DNA of 64,000 bases from a virus (taxonomy: Duplodnaviria > Caudoviricetes): the IMG/VR virus record IMGVR_UViG_3300025809_001850. One strand, 5' to 3'. Shown in pieces: positions 10,211 through 20,112 of the stretch. A program made the translations under genes and the position numbers. The stretch's first letter is position 1, and every line of letters begins with the position of its first letter. The notes under the pieces are model-generated. The model ran no database searches. It saw nothing but the letters and a program-made list of their open reading frames with translations, and was not told the origin of the DNA.

Positions 10211-11038
10211 ATGTGTGAGTGTGGATGTGGAAGTTGTGAAGTTGTAGAATCGGAATCCAATGCCGATCCAAGTATAGACAACTATAAATTGGCACTTAAA
10301 AATCTAGGTGGTGCAATTAAATCTGCACACAAAACGGAAGAAGGAAAAAAACTCTCTGCTGAGTATTGGCTTGATATAGTTAGTTTACTCAAAAAAGCAA
10401 AACTTGGTGTTTCTATGATGGAACTCGGAATTGATGACGAAGAAGAAATCAAAAACACGCACGATACATCCATTAAAAAAGTAAAACCAACACCAGATGG
10501 AGAAAAAGGTGAAGGTGGTCCACGTGACGGGGAATCATCTGATTCAGATAAATCTACATCCGAAGGTATAATTGAAAAGTCTGCATCAAAATCACAACAA
10601 AGATTGTTTGGTATGGTTCATGCATATAACAAAGGTGATCTTAAAAAAAGTGATGTAGATTCTGATTTGTATGATAAAGTAAAAAAAATTGCAAGTGGGA
10701 TGACAAAAACAGACGCAGAGGATATGGCCAAAACGGATCACTCTGATTTACCTGAAACAATTCCAACTGACGAATTTTACGACACAATGAATCATCTTAA
10801 CATTTTATTGTCAGAGTATTCATTTGATAAGATAGAAAGTGGTGGGTCACAGGTTAGCATAGATACCAATGATCGCAAATTCACTATAAAGTTTGATGAT
10901 AAGTTTTATATGGTTTCTCCGGATTACAACTTTGAACTCGGAAATATATCCGATTTGAATGAAGTTGTAGAGAAATTTGTCAAATTAACAAAACAATCAG
11001 AATTTTTGTTAAAAACAGAGTATGAAGCATCTGTTTAA
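10211..11038 (+). CDS. hypothetical (putative internal head) protein
   Basis: 275 aa; CECGCGSC N-terminus; central SASKSQQRLFGMVHAY segment reminiscent of DUF3008-like motifs. Confidence 0.6.
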   Translation: MCECGCGSCEVVESESNADPSIDNYKLALKNLGGAIKSAHKTEEGKKLSAEYWLDIVSLLKKAKLGVSMMELGIDDEEEIKNTHDTSIKKVKPTPDGEKGEGGPRDGESSDSDKSTSEGIIEKSASKSQQRLFGMVHAYNKGDLKKSDVDSDLYDKVKKIASGMTKTDAEDMAKTDHSDLPETIPTDEFYDTMNHLNILLSEYSFDKIESGGSQVSIDTNDRKFTIKFDDKFYMVSPDYNFELGNISDLNEVVEKFVKLTKQSEFLLKTEYEASV

Positions 11039-11096
11039 TCAGTTTGATTCATTAAACAATAATTAAATTAAGATACGTATATACTTATTTATTGAT

Positions 11097-11726
11097 ATGG
11101 CAAAAAAATTATTAGTATCCACCATGCCCTTTGAATTCAGTCCTGAGCAAATAAGTGAAAGTATTGAAAAAAACTCGGGTAAACTTCTTGTAAGGGGAAT
11201 TCTACAAAAAGCAACTGAACAAAATCAAAATGGTCGTGTTTATACACGGTCACTGTTGGAACGAGAGGCGGGCAAATATAACGAACTGATAAATGATAGA
11301 CGTGCACTGGGAGAACTTGATCATCCAGAAAGCAGTGTAGTTAATTTACAGAATGTAAGTCACAATGTTAAAAAGATGTGGTGGGAAGGTGATAGTCTTC
11401 TTGGTGACGTTGAAGTTTTAGGAACTCCGTCTGGTAATATTTTAAAAGAATTGTTTAAGGCTGGTATCACACTTGGTATAAGTTCAAGGGGAATGGGAAC
11501 TACTCGTGAAAGTGAAGGAAAAACTATGGTCAATGATGATTTTGAATTGGTGGCATTTGATTTTGTTAGCAATCCATCAACCAGAGGTGCTTTTTTAGAA
11601 CCTGTGAATTTAAACGAATCAGTTTCACCTGAACTTAAAGTCATAACCGAAGACCGAGTGTGTACCAAATATTGTAAACTTGAGGGAATCGTACATGAAA
11701 TACTCGGAGAGATTGGAGAAATGTAA
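11097..11726 (+). CDS. prohead core protease (T4 gp21-like)
   Basis: GILQKATEQNQNGRVY, ALGELDHP (catalytic His), LGISSRGMG (catalytic Ser), FDFVSNPST. Confidence 0.93.
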   Translation: MAKKLLVSTMPFEFSPEQISESIEKNSGKLLVRGILQKATEQNQNGRVYTRSLLEREAGKYNELINDRRALGELDHPESSVVNLQNVSHNVKKMWWEGDSLLGDVEVLGTPSGNILKELFKAGITLGISSRGMGTTRESEGKTMVNDDFELVAFDFVSNPSTRGAFLEPVNLNESVSPELKVITEDRVCTKYCKLEGIVHEILGEIGEM

Positions 11727-12187
11727 TGAATAAAGAAATCTCTAAATTAATCAAGTCTACGATTTTAGAAGTTCTCAAAGAAGAACGAACTAAACAAATC
11801 AATGAATTTAATCCAAAAACAGGTAGGTTTGAAGACGAAGGTTTGTCAGCTGACCAAAAAAAGTTAACATCTGAGAAAATTTCTAAGTTCGGAAATTATC
11901 AGTCATATATCACTCACGAAGCAAAAGATACGGACATAGCAGAAGATATATGTAATATCGTTGAAAATGCATCTAAGTATATTCTCAATGAAACAGATGA
12001 TTGGTTTGATGCAATGAGTGTAAAACGTAATCTAAAAGAAATCAAAACTCTTGCTAAAGAATTTCACAAAACTGCAAACGAAAGACAAGTATACACACAG
12101 CGTATGCAAAGTTTGTATGAAGATATGGGTAATATCTTAAACAGATATTTTGAAATAAACGGAGAAACTACCAATGAACAAACGTGA
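11726..12187 (+). CDS. hypothetical head-region protein
   Basis: 153 aa; TAATG overlap with the protease stop. Confidence 0.65.
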   Translation: MNKEISKLIKSTILEVLKEERTKQINEFNPKTGRFEDEGLSADQKKLTSEKISKFGNYQSYITHEAKDTDIAEDICNIVENASKYILNETDDWFDAMSVKRNLKEIKTLAKEFHKTANERQVYTQRMQSLYEDMGNILNRYFEINGETTNEQT

Positions 12188-12902
12188 ACTTAAAAACTAT
12201 ATAACGAAAGTATTGCTTGAGAAGTTAGAACAAACTCCGGTGGTTTTCGGTAAACTTGTAAAGAAAACAATTAGTTTCAGTGGAATACAACGTGAAATTG
12301 TCTGCGAAGGCAATGTTACAGATGCAAACGAATACGCAACACAAAACAAATTAACATTTACATCAGAAGAAACTGCACACTTCGGAGGTCACTTTAATAA
12401 CGAAATGACTTCATATGAATTCCACCCAAATCCAGAGTTCTACGGAGAACTCATGGAAACGTCTATGTCTGCACGTGAACAACTTGCACGTATATGTGGA
12501 ACGAACGACCAAGTACTAACTGAGGTACACGTACAAAACGCAGAAACTCTGGTTAACTTTGTTTGTACAAACGAGTTATTTCGTGAAGAACGAACAAACA
12601 TGGTGTTTGAGCAAATCAATAGTAGTATAAAAGGTTGTTTGTATGACAAAACTCAATTTACAAAATTATTTGAATATCTAGTAAAACAATCGTGTATATC
12701 ATATACAGAAGATAAAATAGAATTATCTGAATCTGAATTTGAGTATGCGACTACACTTCTTTCCAAACGTTTTTTTGAGAATCAAGAAGAACTAGAAGAA
12801 CTAGAAGAAGATAAAACCAAGTGTGGAAAAAAATCATTTAAAACAGGTAGTGCATTTGAAAATATGCAAAGAATAAAATCAGGTCACCAAATGTTCCTAT
12901 AA
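12174..12902 (+). CDS. hypothetical protein
   Basis: 242 aa; overlaps the previous gene end. Confidence 0.6.
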   Translation: MNKRELKNYITKVLLEKLEQTPVVFGKLVKKTISFSGIQREIVCEGNVTDANEYATQNKLTFTSEETAHFGGHFNNEMTSYEFHPNPEFYGELMETSMSAREQLARICGTNDQVLTEVHVQNAETLVNFVCTNELFREERTNMVFEQINSSIKGCLYDKTQFTKLFEYLVKQSCISYTEDKIELSESEFEYATTLLSKRFFENQEELEELEEDKTKCGKKSFKTGSAFENMQRIKSGHQMFL

Positions 12903-12914
12903 GGAAATATAATT

Positions 12915-13637
12915 ATGAAAATTACAAAAAAAGAACTAAGAGAAGTTATCCAAGAAGTCGCAGAAGAACTTGGACTATTTGAAGGCTTAACAGCCGCACA
13001 AGAAAAATTACCAGAACCTTTGAAAAAAGCAATTCTTAAAAAGCAAGGTAATTCCGATTCATCTGATGATGAAACAGAAGATGTTGAAGAGGGATTAACA
13101 GCCGCACAAGAAAAATTACCAGAACCTTTAAAAAAAGCAATTCTTAAAAAGCAAGGTAATACTGAAGAATCGGATGATGATTCGGAAGAAGAGTCAATTG
13201 AAGAAGGCAATGCTTTCGGTGCGGCCGTAAAAGCTGCTCGTGAAAACGGAGACAAAGAGTTTGAAGTTGCGGGTAAGAAATACAAACTAAAAGAAAAGAA
13301 AGAAATTACCGAACAAGAAGACACCGAAGAATTTACAGGTGAAGACGAAGACGATGTAGAAGAAGGTAACGCATTTGGTGCAGCTGTAAAAAAAGCAAAA
13401 GAAGACGGAGACACAGAATTTCAAGTTGACGGAAAAACTTACAAGGTAAGTGAAGACTGGTCTAAAATAAAAGAAGTCTCTGATTGTTCGTATGAAGAAG
13501 ACGATGAAGACATCGAAGAAACGGTAGATGCAGAATTCGAAGTTGGTGGCAAAACATACAAGGTTCGTGAAAACTGGACCAAGATAACCCTTGCCGAAAA
13601 ACTAGACAGAATACTCGGAAATCGCAAAATTTTGTAA
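12915..13637 (+). CDS. acidic repeat-containing protein (putative internal head protein)
   Basis: Two copies of EGLTAAQEKLPEPLKKAILKKQGN; two full copies and one partial copy of EEGNAFGAAVK..A.E.GD.EF.V.GK.YK. Confidence 0.7.
   Translation: MKITKKELREVIQEVAEELGLFEGLTAAQEKLPEPLKKAILKKQGNSDSSDDETEDVEEGLTAAQEKLPEPLKKAILKKQGNTEESDDDSEEESIEEGNAFGAAVKAARENGDKEFEVAGKKYKLKEKKEITEQEDTEEFTGEDEDDVEEGNAFGAAVKKAKEDGDTEFQVDGKTYKVSEDWSKIKEVSDCSYEEDDEDIEETVDAEFEVGGKTYKVRENWTKITLAEKLDRILGNRKIL
12987..13160 (+). repeat. 66-bp direct repeat, two copies
   Basis: 12987-13052 and 13095-13160 differ at one synonymous position (TTG/TTA). Confidence 0.85.
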
Positions 13638-13666
13638 AATAAATCAACAAAAACAACTTAAAACAC

Positions 13667-13695
13667 AAAAAAAGAGAAGAATCTTCTCTTTTTTT
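13667..13695 (+). terminator. intrinsic terminator (possibly bidirectional)
   Basis: AAAAAAAGAGAAGA-A-TCTTCTCTTTTTTT inverted repeat right after the 13637 stop. Confidence 0.65.
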
Positions 13696-13842
13696 ATAAA
13701 TTTTTATATATTTTCGGATATAAGTATATATTTATTAATCAAAATGTTTTCACTTTATTGAAAACCAAGTTTAAGGTTTTAATTATTTGAAGTCCTATTA
13801 AAATGACTTTATCAAACTAAACACAAAAAAGGATAATTAACC

Positions 13843-15111
13843 ATGAGTAAATTACTAAAAGAAGCTATTGCAGATGCGAAAGCAGTTCGTGAAACAGCTC
13901 TTGCAAATGCAAGACTTGCCCTCGAAGAAGCTTTCGCACCACGTTTGCAAAGTATGCTTACAAAAAAACTCAAGGAAGAAGAATTAGAAGACGAAGAATC
14001 AGAAGTTGAAGTTTCTGATGAAGTTGAAGAAGGTTCTTACTCCGAAGAGGACGAAGAAGTCGCAGTTGAAGACGATGAAATAGAAGTTGCCGATGAAGCA
14101 CCAGTTGAAGAACCGGCTGCTGAAGAAGCACCTGCTGAAGAAGCACCTGCTGAAGACGAAATTGACGTTGAACCAGAAGTCGAAGGTGACTATTCTGAAG
14201 AAGACGAAGATGCAGTTGAAGAAGATGCGTTCGATTTAGATTCCATCATCAAGGAACTTGAAGATGAAATGGCAGTCGAAGACGATGAAGAAGAGTTGGA
14301 AGAACAATCCGACTCATCTGAATTAGGCACAGGTGGAGAAGAACACGTAAACGTTGCTGATAGTGACGATGAAGAACTTCCTGCTGAAACTGAAACTGTT
14401 GCTGGTGATCCAGGAACTGAAGGCGAAGAAGAAAAAGTTGCTGATATTGACGAAGATATTGATATTGAAATCGTAGAAGAATCCGAAGAAGAATCCGAAG
14501 AAGAATCCGAAGAAGATTCTGACGAAGATTCTGACGAAGATTCTGACGAAGTTGAATCAATTGACGAGTCTGAAGAAGATGAATCTGAAGAAGATGATGA
14601 AGAAATCAACTTAGAAGAAATCCTCAAGGAACTTGAAGACGAGTCGGCAGACGTGGAATCTGAAGAAGACGAGTCCTCTGAAGAACTAGCAGAACTTAAA
14701 ACTGCAAATACTAAACTTCAACAAGAAAATGATGAATACCGCAAAGTTTACAAATTTTTGCGAGGTAAGTTAAATGAAGTTAATCTTCTTAATGCAAAAT
14801 TGCTTTACACAAATAAGTTGTTTAAGGCACACGTATTAAATGAAGATCAAAAACTAAAGGTTGTAGAAAGTTTTGACCTTACGAAGAATGTTCGTGAAGC
14901 AAAATTAGTATATGCCACACTTGGAGAGAGTTTCAGAACTCAAACACCAGAAGTAAAGGTAAAATCAAAACCTGTAAAGGCTGAGAAAAACCCTTTGACT
15001 GAAGGAATTGCATCCAAGGCAATCAAATCAACAAAACCTTCCAAGAAGATTTTATCTGAGGGCAACGAACTTGCTAACAGATTCAAGAAACTTGCAGGTA
15101 TAAAATCATAA
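13843..15111 (+). CDS. prohead core scaffolding protein
   Basis: Extremely acidic 422-aa protein between protease and MCP; conserved-looking ends (MSKLLKEAIADAKAVRETALANA; LNEVNLLNAKLLYTNKLF; FKKLAGI); AAGGA RBS. Confidence 0.85.
   Translation: MSKLLKEAIADAKAVRETALANARLALEEAFAPRLQSMLTKKLKEEELEDEESEVEVSDEVEEGSYSEEDEEVAVEDDEIEVADEAPVEEPAAEEAPAEEAPAEDEIDVEPEVEGDYSEEDEDAVEEDAFDLDSIIKELEDEMAVEDDEEELEEQSDSSELGTGGEEHVNVADSDDEELPAETETVAGDPGTEGEEEKVADIDEDIDIEIVEESEEESEEESEEDSDEDSDEDSDEVESIDESEEDESEEDDEEINLEEILKELEDESADVESEEDESSEELAELKTANTKLQQENDEYRKVYKFLRGKLNEVNLLNAKLLYTNKLFKAHVLNEDQKLKVVESFDLTKNVREAKLVYATLGESFRTQTPEVKVKSKPVKAEKNPLTEGIASKAIKSTKPSKKILSEGNELANRFKKLAGIKS
14476..14547 (+). repeat. 12-bp in-frame tandem repeats
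   Basis: (GAAGAATCCGAA)x3 then (GAAGATTCTGAC)x3, encoding EESE/EDSD. Confidence 0.85.
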
Positions 15112-15144
15112 CAAAAACAAAATCTAATATATAGGAAAATTATA

Positions 15145-16569
15145 ATGAGTGAAATAGGCAAATTATTAAAAGAAAGTCAGAATCCTCAAGAACGTCTTAT
15201 GTCCGAAACCCGTGGTTTAGTAACTAAATGGGAAAAGACAGGACTTCTCGAAGGAATTTCTACTGACACAGAAAAGAGTGGTATGTCCATTCTTTTAGAA
15301 AATCAAGCAAAGCAGTTGATCGATGAATCATCACGCACCGGTACAGGTGGAGGCAACGAAGAGTGGAGTGGAGTAGCACTTCCTTTAGTACGTCGTGTGT
15401 TCGCAGAAATCGCATCAAAGGAATTCGTTTCCGTTCAACCAATGAATCTTCCCTCCGGATTGATCTTTTACTTAGACTTTAAGTATGGAACAGGTCAATC
15501 ACTTCAAGGTGGTGGAAGTCTTTTCGGTGGATCATCAGACGCAAAACTCGGTTCAACCGATGAAGCAACAGGTGGTCTTTACGGAGCAGGTCGTCACGGT
15601 TACTCACTCAATGACAAGCAAATCGCTGTCGAGGTAGGTGCGGCTATCCCAGCTGATGCAGACTTAGAAGGTGTTCGTGCGTTTAAAGTTGTTGCAGCTG
15701 ACGGAAGTGAATCTCAACTTGACGGTGAAAACAAAGCAATCGCAGCCGGAACATTACATTACCATGCGGCTACAACCGCAGAAAATCGTGGTGATTTTGA
15801 AGACAATCTTGGTAATTCCGAAGACGCAGCTGACACAGGAATTCAAAAAGATGTCGGTATCCCCGAAGTTAACTTGGAACTCAAAAGTGAACCAATCGTT
15901 GCAAAGACACGTAAGTTGAAAGCAGTTTGGACACCCGAGTTGGCACAAGACCTTAACGCATATCATAGTATTGATGCAGAAGCAGAATTGACTTCTCTTC
16001 TTTCCGAGTACGTTTCAATGGAAATTGATTTGGAAATTCTCGATATGCTTATCGTTAACGCACATACTGTAGGTACTGAATTTGATGCGACTACTGCTCT
16101 TACGGGTGGTGAGACTCAAGGAACATTGTTCCAGAAACTCGGCACAAGTATTCAAAAGGTGAGTAACACAATTCATCAATTGACACTTCGTGGTGGTGCA
16201 AACTTCTTGGTTTGTTCTCCAACGGTTGCTACAATTCTTGAAAGTATCCCAGGATACGCAGCTGACACAGACGGAAATCAGTCTCAGTTCGCAATGGGTG
16301 TTACTAAAGTAGGTGCGTTAAACAATCGTTTCCAGGTTTACAAGAATCCATACATGACGAGTGGTGACATTCTCATCGGATTCCGTGGAACAAACTTCCT
16401 CGAAACTGGTGCAGTTTATGCTCCGTACATTCCGTTAATCCAAACTCCATTGGTATACGATCCGGTCAACTTTACTCCACGTCGTGGTGTAATGACCCGT
16501 TATGCCAAGAAGATGGTTCGTCCTGAATTCTACGGTAAACTTACCGTTAAGAATGCAGAGAATCTGTAA
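15145..16569 (+). CDS. major capsid protein (T4 gp23-like)
   Basis: KWEKTGLLEG, VSVQPMNLPSGLIFYLDF, AKTRKLKAVWTPELAQDLNAYH, YAPYIPL, PRRGVMTRYA. Confidence 0.96.
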   Translation: MSEIGKLLKESQNPQERLMSETRGLVTKWEKTGLLEGISTDTEKSGMSILLENQAKQLIDESSRTGTGGGNEEWSGVALPLVRRVFAEIASKEFVSVQPMNLPSGLIFYLDFKYGTGQSLQGGGSLFGGSSDAKLGSTDEATGGLYGAGRHGYSLNDKQIAVEVGAAIPADADLEGVRAFKVVAADGSESQLDGENKAIAAGTLHYHAATTAENRGDFEDNLGNSEDAADTGIQKDVGIPEVNLELKSEPIVAKTRKLKAVWTPELAQDLNAYHSIDAEAELTSLLSEYVSMEIDLEILDMLIVNAHTVGTEFDATTALTGGETQGTLFQKLGTSIQKVSNTIHQLTLRGGANFLVCSPTVATILESIPGYAADTDGNQSQFAMGVTKVGALNNRFQVYKNPYMTSGDILIGFRGTNFLETGAVYAPYIPLIQTPLVYDPVNFTPRRGVMTRYAKKMVRPEFYGKLTVKNAENL

Positions 16570-16594
16570 TTCTGATCGGAATAACACAAAATTT

Positions 16595-16624
16595 AAGAGG
16601 GGTTCGTTTGAACCCCTCTTTTAT
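16595..16624 (+). terminator. intrinsic terminator after MCP
   Basis: AAGAGGGGTTC-GTTT-GAACCCCTCTT followed by TTATTT. Confidence 0.85.
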
Positions 16625-16661
16625 TTATAACGATTACCATAAGTAATGTATATTTATAGAC

Positions 16662-18008
16662 ATGGACGACAATGACAACGTAGAAGAGAATACAGAACTA
16701 GAAAGAATCAGGTGGGAGGGTGTTGTTACATCACCTGTAGGAAAAACACCGTTTGGATTCTTCGACGCAGATCCAGCGTTCGTTGAATTTGCTCCAAGGG
16801 CAGCTGATTGGGCAGCTAAAAGATTAGGTTATCCAATTGTAGATGTAGAAATGATCGATGTTCAATTTTATACTTGCTTTGAAGAAGCAGTAACCGAATA
16901 CAGTGCACAAATAAATCAATTTTCAATCAAGCAAAATTTATATAGTTTAAAAGGAACTTCGACTAGTGTAAATCTAACAACGTCAGTTTTACGCACACAA
17001 CCACTTCCATTTTATTTAAAATTGTCAGAGGCATACGGAGCAGAGGTTGGTGTGGGTGGTAATGTTGACTGGAGAAAACAAAGTTTAAGTGTAAAGGCGG
17101 GAGTTCAAACCTATGATTTACAAGGATTGTTTAATCAATACTATATTGATCCAAAAACAGGTGAAAAGAAAATTGAAAGAATTGAAGTTAAACGAATATT
17201 TCACCATCCACCACCTGCATTAAATAAAATATACGATCCAATGTCAAACTCGGGTATGTCTGTTTCTAATATGTTAAGTGAGTTTGGTTGGAGTGGTATG
17301 TCTCCGGTAGGTACTCAATTTTTGCTCAGGCCGGTAAATGAAGACTTGATGAGATTGCAAGCAATTGAGTTCAACGAACAGATACGAAGAAGTGCGTATG
17401 GATTTGAGTTGGTAAATAACAAACTAACTGTATTTCCAATACCAACAAAAGATTTCACACTATGGTTTGATTATATATTCAAACGAGAACGAGATATCGC
17501 AGCTGTACAAGGATATGTTGATGCAGATGAATTCAATACAATGCCAAAGACTCAGACACAAGTGACTGAGGAAACTACTCAACAAGTTGTAGCAGATAAC
17601 ACACAAACAGGATTACCACCCGAGTCGACCAGGCCTTCACGTCAATTGGCATCATCACCTGACTCAATAACCGACGTTAGTAATGCACCTTATGAATTTC
17701 ATAGTTTTTCTGCTATAAACGATGTTGGTAAACGATGGATAATGAAATATTATCTATCAACTTGTAAAGAATTACTCGGTGCGATCCGTGCAAAATATCA
17801 AAGTATTCCGATACCTGGTGGAGAAACATCACTAGATGGTGACGCACTAAGAGCAGAAGCACAAACAGAAAAAGAACAACTGATAACTGAACTTCGAGAA
17901 GATTTGGAAGTAACAAGCAAAAGCACTACAAGTGAACAACTAAATCAGGTATCTGATAACTTGCAAGAAAACCTTAAAAAAGTTCCAAACTTTTTATACA
18001 TAGGATAA
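16662..18008 (+). CDS. neck/head-completion protein (gp13-like)
   Basis: Immediately after MCP; RLGYPIVDVEM, CKELLGAIRAKYQSIPIPGGETSLDGDALR; ATATTTAT at 16650-16657. Confidence 0.7.
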   Translation: MDDNDNVEENTELERIRWEGVVTSPVGKTPFGFFDADPAFVEFAPRAADWAAKRLGYPIVDVEMIDVQFYTCFEEAVTEYSAQINQFSIKQNLYSLKGTSTSVNLTTSVLRTQPLPFYLKLSEAYGAEVGVGGNVDWRKQSLSVKAGVQTYDLQGLFNQYYIDPKTGEKKIERIEVKRIFHHPPPALNKIYDPMSNSGMSVSNMLSEFGWSGMSPVGTQFLLRPVNEDLMRLQAIEFNEQIRRSAYGFELVNNKLTVFPIPTKDFTLWFDYIFKRERDIAAVQGYVDADEFNTMPKTQTQVTEETTQQVVADNTQTGLPPESTRPSRQLASSPDSITDVSNAPYEFHSFSAINDVGKRWIMKYYLSTCKELLGAIRAKYQSIPIPGGETSLDGDALRAEAQTEKEQLITELREDLEVTSKSTTSEQLNQVSDNLQENLKKVPNFLYIG

Positions 18009-18012
18009 CCCA

Positions 18013-18474
18013 ATGTCACGAGGAAGATATTTCACACGAAGAGATGTCCGACTGATGAACAGTTTGAATGGAGAACTTCTTACTGACATTGTAGAACAGA
18101 AGGTTATTGTGTATAAAATTAGTCCTGATGAAACTGAATCAAATATTTATGGGGAAAGTTTAGATAAAGTTTATTATCCTGGTATAGAAATAAGTTGCTT
18201 AGTTGAAACTGATCCACAAAGTACATTGTACGAAGGGTTCGGACCAGATGTTAAAAAAGGAACATTGTTTAGATTTCACCAAAAATTATGCGAGCTAAAG
18301 GAATTGTATCCACAAATTTCTGATATAGTTGAATGGGAAAATGCTCATTTTGAAATAAGTAATGTGGTTGAAAATCAATTTCTCGGTGGCCAGCCAGAAA
18401 AAAATTATAGTCTCGTGTGCAATGCTCACATGAGTAGAAAAAGTCGATTAAATATTTTGGATAGAGAAGTGTAA
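18013..18474 (+). CDS. neck/head-closure protein (gp14-like)
   Basis: 153 aa; NIYGES and P..SDIVEWEN..FEI pattern; synteny. Confidence 0.55.
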   Translation: MSRGRYFTRRDVRLMNSLNGELLTDIVEQKVIVYKISPDETESNIYGESLDKVYYPGIEISCLVETDPQSTLYEGFGPDVKKGTLFRFHQKLCELKELYPQISDIVEWENAHFEISNVVENQFLGGQPEKNYSLVCNAHMSRKSRLNILDREV

Positions 18475-19700
18475 TGAATTACGATGGAGTAAATAATCCG
18501 TTTATCACTCTGAAGAAGTTATCAGGAGACGATTCAACTGAGTTTAAGGCTAAATTAAATACCAGTCCTCCTTCATTGGCAAACGACACATATATGTCAA
18601 ATAAGAAGAAATCAGAACACGCATTATACTCTGACAATCGTTCCGACAAAATGCGTTCTGATGATGATGAAATTTCATTTGAAAATTATGCAATAACCTT
18701 GATGGACATTGACAATATTCTATACGAGTATTTTGTTAATGTAATCAATCCACAGGTTGATGATACCGGAGGTGGTATTCTAACCGTTCCAGTTCGTCAT
18801 GCTTCACCTGAACGATGGAGTTCAATTTTAAACGATGGAGTTTATCGTGACGATAAAGGACAGGTACAAAAACCTATGATAATTTTTACAAGAACGAGTG
18901 TATCAAAAGATGATTCGTTTGTGTATTTTAATCGTTATTTATCTGTTCCGTTTGTCAAGAAGTTTGATAAAAAGAATATGTACGACAAGTTTAGTTCGTT
19001 GACCAACTCAAATCGTCAAGTAGAAGTTCATAATATTACTTTTCCTGATCATGTTATATTGAATTACGATTTCACAATGTCAACTGAGTATGTTCAGCAA
19101 ATGAATTCGTTGGTAGAACGAATAAATTGGGTTAGCAATGATTATTGGGGTGATCCTGCACGATTTAAATTTCGTGCATCGGTTGATTCATTTTCAAATA
19201 GTGTGGAAGTGCCTACGGACGATGACAGAATTGTATCAACCACATTCTCATTAACAGTAAATGCGTATTTGTTACCAGAGGTATTTGATAATACCAAAAC
19301 ATCAAAACGAAATCTTACCAATAGAAAAGTTGTATTCGGAACAGAGATTATCTCCGATAAAGCAGTAAACGGATTAGAGTCATCTGGTGACCGAACAAAG
19401 TTCGTATTAAACAGAAAAACACGTGAGTTGTATATTGCAGGAGATATTGGAGATGAAACTGAAATTCGTATATGGAATGATGAAGAATATTATGCGATTT
19501 ATATAAATGATAAAAAGTTTGAAATTGGAATAGATGTAGACGATGACGCAAATGATTTCTTGATGTGGAATAAATCATCCGAGAATGAAATTAAACTGTT
19601 TAAAAATGAAACGGTACACGTGGAAGTTGGTAACAAGAAAGTACTTATAGAAACACACGAACATACTGTTGAAATAATTAAAATAAAATATATAACTTGA
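18474..19700 (+). CDS. tail completion/terminator-like protein (gp15-like)
   Basis: VPVRHASPERW, KPMIIF, FPDHVILNYDF, MNSLVE; position before sheath. Confidence 0.55.
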   Translation: MNYDGVNNPFITLKKLSGDDSTEFKAKLNTSPPSLANDTYMSNKKKSEHALYSDNRSDKMRSDDDEISFENYAITLMDIDNILYEYFVNVINPQVDDTGGGILTVPVRHASPERWSSILNDGVYRDDKGQVQKPMIIFTRTSVSKDDSFVYFNRYLSVPFVKKFDKKNMYDKFSSLTNSNRQVEVHNITFPDHVILNYDFTMSTEYVQQMNSLVERINWVSNDYWGDPARFKFRASVDSFSNSVEVPTDDDRIVSTTFSLTVNAYLLPEVFDNTKTSKRNLTNRKVVFGTEIISDKAVNGLESSGDRTKFVLNRKTRELYIAGDIGDETEIRIWNDEEYYAIYINDKKFEIGIDVDDDANDFLMWNKSSENEIKLFKNETVHVEVGNKKVLIETHEHTVEIIKIKYIT

Positions 19701-19725
19701 TTTTTTACTTTTATTAGTGTATTAT
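19697..19725 (+). promoter_or_regulatory. sigma70-like promoter
   Basis: TTGATT (19697-19702), 17 nt, TATTAT (19720-19725) with TG extension. Confidence 0.5.
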
Positions 19726-19732
19726 TATTTTA

Positions 19733-20014
19733 ATGAAAAATAATCAAGTAGAATTAACTAGTGATGAACTAGCTGAGATTTTATCATTGAACAACGAGTA
19801 TCAAGAAATATTAATAAGTCTTGGCCAAATCAATTTAAGACGAGATTCTATTGAAAAAGAAGAGGCGGCATTAAAAATCACAGAATCAGAACATTACAAT
19901 TCGTATGATGAAACTCAAAAGAAAGAAGCAAACTTCAAACAACGTATAGTGCGTAAATACGGAGAAGGTGAAATTAATCTGGAATCAGGTGTTTACACTA
20001 AATCAAAAAAATAA
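19733..20014 (+). CDS. small coiled-coil hypothetical protein
   Basis: 93 aa, ending KYGEGEINLESGVY. Confidence 0.7.
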   Translation: MKNNQVELTSDELAEILSLNNEYQEILISLGQINLRRDSIEKEEAALKITESEHYNSYDETQKKEANFKQRIVRKYGEGEINLESGVYTKSKK

Positions 20015-20112
20015 TCATTAAATATACAATTTTCAAATTTTCAAAACATATTTATGATAAAAGTCAAACATTTCCAAAATTCAACCCATAACAACAAAGG
20101 AGACTATATAAG

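Noticed and set aside
14476-14547. Tandem repeats as a possible CRISPR array
   Set aside because: 12-bp in-frame repeats with no spacers, inside the scaffold gene; no cas genes. The same applies to the 66-bp duplication at 12987-13160.
12884-14627. Ser-rich minus-strand ORFs (12884..13414, 14190..14627, 14249..14560)
   Set aside because: Mirror images of GAA/GAT-rich acidic plus-strand genes.
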